In this document: piece after piece, positions 37,976 through 46,236 of the stretch | Layout of the letters: each line of letters starts with the position of its first letter | Position numbering within the stretch: position 1 is the first letter of the stretch | The notes under the pieces: model-generated | What the model saw: only the letters and a program-made list of their open reading frames with translations | Database searches by the model: none | What the model was told of the DNA's origin: nothing | Assembly (NCBI GenBank): GCA_965208105.1 | Contig: OZ242318.1 | Span: 3,584,001-3,648,000, forward strand | Source of the DNA: Candidatus Latescibacterota bacterium | GTDB lineage: Bacteria; Latescibacterota; UBA2968; UBA8231 | Direction: 5' to 3' | Length of the DNA: 64,000 nucleotides | Position numbers and translations under genes: made by a program

Positions 37976-38746
37976 CTATCCCCCCCTGAAGAGCCTCAGG
38001 CCGCCGTCCACTCTGAGGACCGCCCCGGTGACGTAGTCCGCCGCGTCCGAGCAGAGAAAGGCGGCGGCGCGCCCGATGTCCTCGATGCTGCCCAGGCGGC
38101 CCCAGGGCAGCCCGCTGCTCTGCTCCTGGATCTGCTCTTCGCTGGCGTACTTGCGTTCGCCGGGAGTGTCTATCCAGCCAGGCTCGATGACGTTGGACCG
38201 GATGCGGTGTTCGGCCAACTCCACCGCGATGGTGGCGGACATGTGGTTCATCCCGGCCTTGGCGGCGTTGTAGGCCAGGGAGGTGGCCACGGGCATGGTG
38301 GCGTGGATGGAGCTGATGAAGAGGATGCTGCCGCCCCGGCCGCGCTCGACCATGCGGCGGGCGCTTGCCTGGGCAGCGTGAAACGCCCCCCACAGGGTGA
38401 CGTCGAGAGTGCGCTGCATGCCCTCCACCGACATCTCCAGAAAAGGTTCCCGCTGGCTGAAGGCGGCGTTGCAGACGACGGTGTCGATGCCTCCGAAGTG
38501 CTGCACCGCGGCCCCCACCATGTCCTCGACCGAGGCCCTGTCGGACACGTCGGCTTTGAGCACCAGGGCCCGCCGCCCCAGGGCGCGGATCTCCCCGGCG
38601 ACCTCCTCCGCCTCCTGCGGGTGGCTACGGTAGTTTACCGCGATGTCCGCACCGGCGCGCGCCATTTCCATCGCGCAGCCGCGGCCGATGCCGAGCGAGG
38701 ATCCGGTCACGAGTGCCGTCTTTCCGGCGAGATCAGCAGAGGCCAA
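37976..38746 (-). CDS. short-chain dehydrogenase/reductase (glucose 1-dehydrogenase-like)
   Basis: TGSSLGIG, NYRS, ISSIH, YNAAK, PGWIDT, VDGG. Confidence 0.92.
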   Translation of the reverse strand: MASADLAGKTALVTGSSLGIGRGCAMEMARAGADIAVNYRSHPQEAEEVAGEIRALGRRALVLKADVSDRASVEDMVGAAVQHFGGIDTVVCNAAFSQREPFLEMSVEGMQRTLDVTLWGAFHAAQASARRMVERGRGGSILFISSIHATMPVATSLAYNAAKAGMNHMSATIAVELAEHRIRSNVIEPGWIDTPGERKYASEEQIQEQSSGLPWGRLGSIEDIGRAAAFLCSDAADYVTGAVLRVDGGLRLFRGG

Positions 38747-38841
38747 GATGGGACCGCCTTTCTTTCTCCATTCGGTTTTTCCTCCCGGGCCTCCGGCGCA
38801 TGGCCCAGCGGGCAGCTGACTTCACGGTTGCCGGGCTTGAG

Positions 38842-39903
38842 TCATTCAGCCGAAAACGAGAAGACCACGGTGTGCTCGTAGGTAGCGCCCGGCCGCAGGA
38901 TGATCGAGGGCCAGCCCGGCAGACCCTCCTTGTTGATGGCGTCGGGGAAGTCCTGGGTCTCCAGGCAGAATCCCGCGTGCCTGCCGTAGGCCGCGCCGCC
39001 CTTGCCGACGACCGAGCCGTCCAGGTAGTTGCCGGTGTAGAACTGGACCCCAGGGCTGGTCGTGCTGACCTCCAGGACGCGGCCCGATTCGGGGTCCCTC
39101 GCCCACGCCGCCGGTCTCAGCTCGCCCGCCTCGCCGTCAAGCACCAGGTTGATATCGTAGCCTCCGGCGCCCTCCGATCCTCCGCCCAGGCGTCCGATAT
39201 CGGCGCCTATGGCCTTGGTCCGGGTGAAGTCGAACGGAGTGCCGGCCACGGCGGCGATTTCGCCCGTGGGCAGGGAGTCCGCGTCGGTAGGGGTGTAGTT
39301 CCGGGCGTTGAGGTTCAGCTCGTGATCGAGAATGTCCCCGGCGTCGTGTCCGGCCAGGTTCCAGTAGGCGTGATGGGCGAGATTGACGATGGTGGGCGCG
39401 TCGGTGACGGCCTCCATTTCCACTTTGAGGGCATTGCCGGCGGCCAGGGTGTAGGTCACCGAGGCGGTCAGGTTTCCGGGATAGCCTTCTTCCCCATCGG
39501 CGCTGGCATAGGTCATGGTCAGGGAAGCAGCGTCGCCGCCGCGGGTCTCGTCGACCACGTCCCAGAGCTTCTTGTTGAATCCCTCCACTCCACCGTGCAC
39601 GTGGTTGGGAGCCATATTGGTGGCCAGGGCGTATTCCCTGCCGTCGAGGACGAAACGGGCCCTGCCGATCCTGTTGGCGACGCGGCCGACGATGCAGCCG
39701 ATGTAGGGAGGGTTGCTCGTGTAGCCCTCGAGGCGGTCGAAGCCAAGGGTGACGTCGGCGGACCGTCCAAGGCGGTCAGGCACCTGCACCTGGGTGAGGA
39801 TTGCGCCGAAGTTGGTAATTCCGATTTCCATGCCGTCCGGGGTGCTCATCCTGTAGTGGACAGCGGTTCTTCCCGATGCATGCCCCCACTCGGTCTTTTC
39901 CAT
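38842..39903 (-). CDS. galM: aldose 1-epimerase (galactose mutarotase)
   Basis: GRVANRI, HVHGG, GYPGNL, NLAHHAYWNL, YTGN, FCLETQ. Confidence 0.94.
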   Translation of the reverse strand: MEKTEWGHASGRTAVHYRMSTPDGMEIGITNFGAILTQVQVPDRLGRSADVTLGFDRLEGYTSNPPYIGCIVGRVANRIGRARFVLDGREYALATNMAPNHVHGGVEGFNKKLWDVVDETRGGDAASLTMTYASADGEEGYPGNLTASVTYTLAAGNALKVEMEAVTDAPTIVNLAHHAYWNLAGHDAGDILDHELNLNARNYTPTDADSLPTGEIAAVAGTPFDFTRTKAIGADIGRLGGGSEGAGGYDINLVLDGEAGELRPAAWARDPESGRVLEVSTTSPGVQFYTGNYLDGSVVGKGGAAYGRHAGFCLETQDFPDAINKEGLPGWPSIILRPGATYEHTVVFSFSAE

Positions 39904-39908
39904 GGTGA

Positions 39909-40607
39909 TCATCGTCTGTCTCCCCTCTTCTCCGCAAGTGCCTGGGCAGGTGATTCGATCCGCCCGATCAATTCCTTCAGGGGCAGTTCTTCCAGGGAGG
40001 TCAATTTCATATCGGCCGCCTCGATATCCAGCTGCCCCGTCAACTCGTTGGGCACGGCCACGCAGAAAATGCCCGCCCGCCTGGCCGCCAGGGCTCCGTT
40101 GGGTGAGTCTTCCAGGGCGACGGCTTCACCGGGAGCCACCCCCAGGTCCTCGAGGGCCCGCCGGTACAGGGCAGGGTGCGGCTTCGTCATCTCGACATCG
40201 TCCCGGGTCCTGATGACCTCGAAATAGTGCCGCAACCCCAGGCGCGAAAGCTGGGGTTCGACCCAGTCGAGGCGGGAGCTGGAGGCCAACCCGATTCCCA
40301 GGCCGAGCCCTTGCGCTGCATCGAGGTAGTCCCTTACGCCCGGAAGGGCTTCCCGCCGCTCGACCAACTGCATTTTGCGCTCGTGATGCCTCTCCAGAAT
40401 GCGCCCTCGACTGACGGACCTGCCCAGTTGGTCCTCGAGATATTCATGGGGGTCGAAGCCACTGAATGAAGTGCCGATGCACACCGACCAGACGGGCACG
40501 GGCAGGTCGCATCCGTAGCCCTGAAATATCTCCTGCCACGACTGGTACTCGGGTAATTCCGTGTCGATGATGAGCCCGTCGAAATCGAAGATTACCGCCT
40601 TTATCAT
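39909..40607 (-). CDS. HAD-family phosphatase (beta-PGM/CbbY-like)
   Basis: IFDFDGLIIDTE, ASSS, KPHP, EDSPNG. Confidence 0.9.
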   Translation of the reverse strand: MIKAVIFDFDGLIIDTELPEYQSWQEIFQGYGCDLPVPVWSVCIGTSFSGFDPHEYLEDQLGRSVSRGRILERHHERKMQLVERREALPGVRDYLDAAQGLGLGIGLASSSRLDWVEPQLSRLGLRHYFEVIRTRDDVEMTKPHPALYRRALEDLGVAPGEAVALEDSPNGALAARRAGIFCVAVPNELTGQLDIEAADMKLTSLEELPLKELIGRIESPAQALAEKRGDRR

Positions 40608-40760
40608 TGCAGTTCGGAAGGGTCCGCCGGAAGATGCCGTGGCTGAAAAGTGGTCGAGGTGCGCGAGGTTCAAGGATACCCAGGGGACCGGACCCGGTCA
40701 AGGAAAGAGAGATGCCGCTGACTGCTCGGAAAAGGCTTCGCCCGTAGACGGCTCCGAATG

Positions 40761-40794
40761 CATGAACACTCGCAATGGAAACCGAATGTTCATG
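40761..40794. promoter_or_regulatory. inverted repeat in a divergent intergenic region (candidate operator)
   Basis: CATGAACACTCG-N10-CGAATGTTCATG, 11/12 matching arms. Confidence 0.4.
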
Positions 40795-40878
40795 GTAAAA
40801 GGGTCCCGTGGTCTCTCCTCCAGTCCCGGGGCCTCGGAAAGGGTGCGCAAAAGTGTAATTCTACCTATCTTTGGCAGC

Positions 40879-41187
40879 ATGGATTCCGGTCCGGGAAGCG
40901 AAAATCCCCCCTCTGCCGCGCCGCGCCAGCGCCTGCTCTATCTCCACGGACGCACGCCGAACGTGTTCTCCGACGTGATCGCCATGACCCTCATCGAGCC
41001 GGTGCGGGGATACGCGTCCGAGATCAGCGCCGGGGAGCAGGACTGGCCATACTCCACCGTTCACGACGCGGTGGTCGACGGCTGGCAGATCGTGCAGTTC
41101 CCGCATCAGCAGGCACCAATCAACGACCGCGACCTCGACGTGGTCGGCTATGAATTCATTCTGCAGAAAATGGAGGTAATACCATGA
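40879..41187 (+). CDS. small hypothetical protein coupled to the dioxygenase
   Basis: About 102 aa (RQRLLYLH...WPYSTVHDAVVDGWQIVQFP...EFILQK). Its stop overlaps the next start (ATGA). Confidence 0.75.
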   Translation: MDSGPGSENPPSAAPRQRLLYLHGRTPNVFSDVIAMTLIEPVRGYASEISAGEQDWPYSTVHDAVVDGWQIVQFPHQQAPINDRDLDVVGYEFILQKMEVIP

Positions 41188-41969
41188 CCGCCGCCAACCA
41201 CCTGCTCTCCGACGCCGACGTCGCCCGCTTCATCGTCAACGGCTACCACCTTGTGAAGCTGGATTTCGCGGATGGCCTCAACGAGCGCATCGGCGCAAGG
41301 CTGGACGAGCTCACCGAGAACCCCGGGGACGCCGTCACCGAGACCGTTCCCGAGTTGTGGCAGGTGTTGGAGCATCCCGCCCTCGAGGGCGCCCTGGTCA
41401 GCCTGCTCGGATCCGGCTACACCCTGAACTCGCACCGCCACTGGCACTGCAAGAAGCCCGGCACCGCCTACATGCACTGGCACCAGGACGGCGCCAACCG
41501 CCGCGATGTCCGCATAGACAGCTTTCTGGGCCTCTACTATCCCCGCAGGGTCACCTCCGACATGGGCCCCACCGTCATCGTTCCGGGCACCCAGTTCCGC
41601 AACGCGCCCACCGATCGCATGGCCACCTACTTCAACATCCGCGGGCAGCTCGCCATGGTGGTGGAGGCCGGCACCATGGCCCTCGTCCACTCGGCTATCT
41701 GGCACGGCACCGCGCCCAACACCTCCAGGGCCAAGCGCCACATGGTCAAGTTCGGCTTCCGGCGCAGCCGCGAAAATACCGAGCCGACCTGGAACCACGA
41801 TCCCACTGCGCTGGACCATGCCCTCGACTGGGACCACCGCGGCGAGGCGGAGGACGTCGAGAACATTCTCACCTTTTCCAACCCGCTCAACGTCGCCCAG
41901 AGCGACCACTACAAGGAGCGCGCCATCCGCCAGCGGTGCTGGGACCGGCTGATGGGAGCGGCGGCATAG
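41184..41969 (+). CDS. phytanoyl-CoA dioxygenase (PhyH)-family Fe(II)/2-oxoglutarate enzyme
   Basis: FIVNGY, WHQD (HxD), GPTVIVPGTQ, IWHG...N...R. GGAGG RBS. Confidence 0.88.
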   Translation: MTAANHLLSDADVARFIVNGYHLVKLDFADGLNERIGARLDELTENPGDAVTETVPELWQVLEHPALEGALVSLLGSGYTLNSHRHWHCKKPGTAYMHWHQDGANRRDVRIDSFLGLYYPRRVTSDMGPTVIVPGTQFRNAPTDRMATYFNIRGQLAMVVEAGTMALVHSAIWHGTAPNTSRAKRHMVKFGFRRSRENTEPTWNHDPTALDHALDWDHRGEAEDVENILTFSNPLNVAQSDHYKERAIRQRCWDRLMGAAA

Positions 41970-42003
41970 CGCCTGCCCCCAATCCCGGGTGGATTCACCG
42001 GCA

Positions 42004-42089
42004 GCCGCATCCCACCTAGCGGTGTGGGCCTCGGACCCCCACCCGCCCCCGTACAACCCGCCGCATCCCTTCTCGCGGTGTGGGCCTCG
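42004..42089. repeat. two 30-bp direct repeats with an internal palindrome (REP-like)
   Basis: 42004-42033 gccgcatcccacctagcggtgtgggcctcg and 42060-42089 gccgcatcccttctcgcggtgtgggcctcg: 27/30 identical, 26-nt spacer. Confidence 0.75.
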
Positions 42090-42134
42090 CTACTCCTTAC
42101 TCCTGGTGCGGTTCGTCCGGGAGCCGCCGGGGGT

Positions 42135-43508
42135 TCACTTGAAAAACAGCGGGTAGGGACCGCCCTCCGCTTCCCTCTTCAGCAGCAGCACCAGCTCCAT
42201 GGCGTGGTAGTCGCCCCACATGGAGGACTCGCCGCACGGGATACGGCGTTTTGGAGGAATGTAGTCCCATCCGCGCGGCAGGTGGTAGATGGAGTGCAGA
42301 ATGAGGCCCTGGTGCGCGGGGTCGGCGGACAGGTAGGGCTCTTTCAAAAGAGCGCGGGCAATGGTGCAGGCGGCGGCCCTGTAGCGCTGCCCTTTCTTTT
42401 TACGACCAGTGGACAACAGATAATTGCCCAGGCGCAGGTAGCCCTGGGCGGAGATGGCAGCCGCCGAGCTGTCCAGGGCGGTGACGTCGTTGCAGGGGTC
42501 GGATTTCTTGTTGGTGATTTTTCCGAAGGAGCCGACGCCCGGCGCTCCGGTGTCCCAGAAGGGGACCCCGTCGGCAAAGCTGTTCTCGATGTGGAACTCG
42601 GCGGTGGTCAGGGCCGCCCTCTCCATGGTCTTCACGATCTGGGCCTTGCGCCCGAAGGGTTCCACGTCGCTGTTCTTCAGAACGGCGAAGTACTCCAGTT
42701 GCTCGGCGTATCCACAGAGTATCCAGGCAAGCCCGCGGGTCCAGGTGGAGAAGGGGGAGTATCCTTGCTGGGTGCTGGGGCAGCGATAGTTGCCGTCGGT
42801 GGTGTTGAAGATCGATTCGTGCGCCACCCGGCCCGGGAGGTCATAGGCGTCGCGTCCTTCGCCGTAGTAGACGTTGAAGCGGGCGGTGGTTTCGGCGTGT
42901 TCCACCAGGCGGCCCAGGAGACTGATGGGCCGGTCTCCTTCGCCCATGAGCACGTGCCCCAGCTCGTGGCCCAGCCCCAGGATGCGCAGGGAGCGCATGG
43001 TGTCGGAGAACAGCGAGTGGGGACCGTTGAACGAATGGATGAAGCCGCTGCCCGTGGCCGTGGGGGTCCAGCGCGCCGCCTGGACCGCGCCCGAGAGCTT
43101 CAGCGCCAACTCGTAGAATTGCAGCTCTCCGGCGTCGAAGGGAATCCTGTCTTCCAGCATCAGGCGGCGCAGGTTGCCGTAGGTCGACAGGTTGTTGAAG
43201 CCGTGGTCGTGCACGCCGGTGTGCGACACGTGCGGTGCCATCTTCTCGACGGTCCGGCGCCGGCCGATCTCCAGAAAGCGCGGCTCCGCGGTCATGTCGT
43301 ACTGCAGAATGGCGCAGCCGTACTGGAAGCCCTGGGTCCACTCGGTCCAGCCCCGGGTGGTGTAGCGGCCGCGCCGGGTGAACACCGGAGTGCCGCGGGC
43401 GGGGTTCCATTTCCTGTCGAGGTCGAGGATTTTCCCGCCGCTGAGATCGAGGAACCGGTTCAGCGCGGGGAGCAATTTTTGCGGTGTCAGGCCGTGGTTG
43501 ATCTTCAC
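42135..43508 (-). CDS. glycoside hydrolase family 88 (unsaturated glucuronyl hydrolase-like)
   Basis: WTQGF, HDHGF, DTM, QQGYSPFSTWTRGLAW, PFWD, DSSAAAI, WGDYH. GTG start inferred. Confidence 0.85.
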   Translation of the reverse strand: MKINHGLTPQKLLPALNRFLDLSGGKILDLDRKWNPARGTPVFTRRGRYTTRGWTEWTQGFQYGCAILQYDMTAEPRFLEIGRRRTVEKMAPHVSHTGVHDHGFNNLSTYGNLRRLMLEDRIPFDAGELQFYELALKLSGAVQAARWTPTATGSGFIHSFNGPHSLFSDTMRSLRILGLGHELGHVLMGEGDRPISLLGRLVEHAETTARFNVYYGEGRDAYDLPGRVAHESIFNTTDGNYRCPSTQQGYSPFSTWTRGLAWILCGYAEQLEYFAVLKNSDVEPFGRKAQIVKTMERAALTTAEFHIENSFADGVPFWDTGAPGVGSFGKITNKKSDPCNDVTALDSSAAAISAQGYLRLGNYLLSTGRKKKGQRYRAAACTIARALLKEPYLSADPAHQGLILHSIYHLPRGWDYIPPKRRIPCGESSMWGDYHAMELVLLLKREAEGGPYPLFFK

Positions 43509-43783
43509 CCGAATTCCCTTCTGGAAGAATTGGTGACCGGTGCGGTCGGATTTTCCCGAATATAGCCAACGGGGCAGGGAGCGTCGACCGATGCGGACGG
43601 CTGCAGGGCCGGGCTGGTCGCGCTTGCCCGCAGCCTCGAGCGGCCTGGCCCTCACCAGCTTTTGGGCATGATGCCGGCTGGTGGGAATCCTCGCCACTAG
43701 GTCCGGCATGGGTTATTATTGGGGAGCCGCGGCGCGGGTGCAGCGGCTGCGGCCAAGGCGGACTTCATCGAGGAGAAGGCGGT

Positions 43784-44431
43784 ATGGCGGACCGGAGCTA
43801 TGCGGACCTTGAGGCCTACAGGATGAGCCTCTTCGTCCGGGAGGACGAGGTGCTCAGGGGAGTGATGCCGGCGGCGGTGAAGGAGGGCGTGCCGCCGATT
43901 TCGGTAAACGCCGACTCGGGAATGACTCTCCATCTTCTGGCCAGGAGCATCGGGGCGCAGAAGATCCTGGAGTTCGGCAGTCTGGCCGGATACTCGGGTA
44001 TATGGCTGGCGCGCGCCCTTCCCCCTCAAGGCCGGCTGATTTCCCTGGAGGTGGACCCTCTCCACGTCGAGATCGCCCGCGCCAACTACGCCAGGGCCGG
44101 GGTGTCTGACCGGGCGGAGGTGCGGCTGGGCGCCGCCCTGGACCTTTTGCCCGAGGTGGCTCCCGAGGGTCCCTTCGACCTTGCCTTCATCGACGCCGAC
44201 AAGGAGAACTACCCGCGTTACCTGGACTTTTCCCTGGAGCACGTGCGGGCGGGTGGGCTGATCATCGCCGACAACGCCGACGGCCACGGCCACGCCCACG
44301 AGGTCCTGGAAGAGGGAGACGGCCGCCGCGGAATCCAGATCTACAACCGGCGGGTCGCCCGGGATCGGCGCCTTGTTTCCCACATCCTGCCCGTGGGCGG
44401 GTGGTTGGCCGTGTCCGTCAAGGTGGGTTAG
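43784..44431 (+). CDS. SAM-dependent O-methyltransferase (CCoAOMT/COMT-like)
   Basis: ILEFGSLAGYS, FDLAFIDADK, GGLIIADN. Confidence 0.92.
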   Translation: MADRSYADLEAYRMSLFVREDEVLRGVMPAAVKEGVPPISVNADSGMTLHLLARSIGAQKILEFGSLAGYSGIWLARALPPQGRLISLEVDPLHVEIARANYARAGVSDRAEVRLGAALDLLPEVAPEGPFDLAFIDADKENYPRYLDFSLEHVRAGGLIIADNADGHGHAHEVLEEGDGRRGIQIYNRRVARDRRLVSHILPVGGWLAVSVKVG

Positions 44432-44491
44432 GCGGCGTTGGGGCGGGCAGCCGGGCGCACGGACCGTTAAACTTCACCCGGAGGTTGGATC

Positions 44492-44926
44492 ATGCTGGTT
44501 GGCATATCCCCCTTGATGAGCCCGCGGTTGCTGGCGGTGCTCTACCGCATGGGCCACGGCGACGAGATAGTGCTGGCCGACACCCACTTTCCCGGCGAGT
44601 CGTGCAACGACCGGGTGGTCCGTGCCGATGGCCTGCGGGTCGCCGACCTGCTGGAGGCCATCCTGCCCCTGTTCGCCCTGGACACCTACGTGAAGAGCCC
44701 GGTGTTCACCATGGCGCCGGTTCCCGGCGACAACCTGGATCCGGCCGTCGAGGCCTCCTACCGCGAGGTCATCGACAGGTACTGGCCTGATACTCCCCCG
44801 TTCGAGCGCGTCGAACGCTTCGCCTTCTACGAGCAGGCACGGCGCGCCTTCGCCGTGGTAATGAGCGGGGAGACGGCCAAGTACGGCAACATAATCCTCA
44901 AGAAAGGGGTGACCCCGGCGGGTTGA
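44492..44926 (+). CDS. fucU: RbsD/FucU-family sugar mutarotase
   Basis: [31 protein letters not shown]. Confidence 0.88.
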   Translation: MLVGISPLMSPRLLAVLYRMGHGDEIVLADTHFPGESCNDRVVRADGLRVADLLEAILPLFALDTYVKSPVFTMAPVPGDNLDPAVEASYREVIDRYWPDTPPFERVERFAFYEQARRAFAVVMSGETAKYGNIILKKGVTPAG

Positions 44927-44945
44927 GCATGGGAAGGAACCGGCA

Positions 44946-46136
44946 GTGAAGATCGTCGAGGTGGAGACCTTCGTGGTCGACGCGGGCTGGCGCCCCTGGA
45001 TCTTCGTCAAGGTGGAGACCGACGCCGGGATTACCGGGTACGGGGAGTGCAGCGACGGCAGGAACCCCTGGGGAGTGGCGGGCGCGGTGGAGGATATGAA
45101 GCCCCTCCTCCTGGGACAGGATCCCCGGCCTTACGAGATGCGGTTCTGGGACATGGTGCGGGGGTCGCGCCAGAGTCCCGGGGGGATCGCCGCCAAGGCC
45201 ATAGCCGGCATCGAGCTGGCCCTGGTCGACCTCAAGGCCAAGGCCCTGAGGGTCTCGGTGGTCGAGCTGTTCGGAGGGCCGACCCGCGACCAGGTGCGGG
45301 TCTACTGGTCCCACTGCGGCACCAGCCGCGCCGCCCACGCGGAATTCCTGGACGGCACCGCTCCCATCCGCGGCATGGAGGATATTGCCGCACTGGGCCG
45401 CGAGGTGGTGGAGCGCGGCTTCACGGCGCTGAAGACCAACATCGTAATTCCCGGCGATCCCGCCGAGGTCTACTCCCCCGGCTTCGGCCGGGGACCCGGC
45501 ACCACGGACCAGACCGTCACGCCGCAGCTGCTGCGCCACATCGAGACTCTGGTGGGCACCTTCAAAGATGCGGTGGGCGCGGACGTCGACATCAGCCTCG
45601 ACCTCAACTTCAACTTCAAGCCCGAGGCCTGCATGCGCATTGCGAGGGTCCTTGAGCCCTTCGACCTGATGTGGCTGGAGATCGACCTCTACGAGCCGGA
45701 TGCCCTGGCCCAGATCAAGGACTCCACCTCCACCAGGATCTGCAGCGGAGAAAATTTGTTCTACATGCGCGAGTTCATTCCCTACTTCCAGCGCCGCGCC
45801 GCCGACGTGTTCATGGTGGACGTGCCCTGGAACGGGTTTGCCCAGTCAAAGAAGATCGGAGATCTGGCCGAGGCCTATCAGCTCAACGTCGCGCCCCACA
45901 ACTACTACAGCCATCTCTCCACCTTCATCAGCGCCAGCCTGTGCGCGGTCCTGCCCAACGTGCGCATAATGGAGACCGACGTCGACGACGTGCCCTGGAA
46001 GGACGAGCTCGTCACCAGGCTTCCCCTGATCGCTGCCGGCCACATGCAGATTCCCCAGGGTCCGGGCTGGGGCACCGATCTGGTCGAGGAGGAGTTGAAG
46101 AGGCATCCGTGGGGCGGCAAGAAATCGAGCTGGTAG
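44946..46136 (+). CDS. mandelate racemase / enolase-superfamily sugar-acid dehydratase
   Basis: WIFVKVETDAGITGYGE; metal ligands D (SLDLN), E (WLE) and E (SGEN); PHNY; IMETD; PGWG. Confidence 0.9.
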   Translation: MKIVEVETFVVDAGWRPWIFVKVETDAGITGYGECSDGRNPWGVAGAVEDMKPLLLGQDPRPYEMRFWDMVRGSRQSPGGIAAKAIAGIELALVDLKAKALRVSVVELFGGPTRDQVRVYWSHCGTSRAAHAEFLDGTAPIRGMEDIAALGREVVERGFTALKTNIVIPGDPAEVYSPGFGRGPGTTDQTVTPQLLRHIETLVGTFKDAVGADVDISLDLNFNFKPEACMRIARVLEPFDLMWLEIDLYEPDALAQIKDSTSTRICSGENLFYMREFIPYFQRRAADVFMVDVPWNGFAQSKKIGDLAEAYQLNVAPHNYYSHLSTFISASLCAVLPNVRIMETDVDDVPWKDELVTRLPLIAAGHMQIPQGPGWGTDLVEEELKRHPWGGKKSSW

Positions 46137-46236
46137 GCGCCGCCGGATGTTGACACCGCCAAGATGTTCTATATTTCCTTCCAGGCGATTTTCAAGCTTC
46201 CCGATACCGCAAACCTTCCAATCCCGAGGTGTGAAC

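Noticed and set aside
42004-42089. Possible CRISPR mini-array
   Set aside because: Only two repeats, a low-complexity 26-nt spacer, and no cas genes or leader. Kept as a REP-like repeat.
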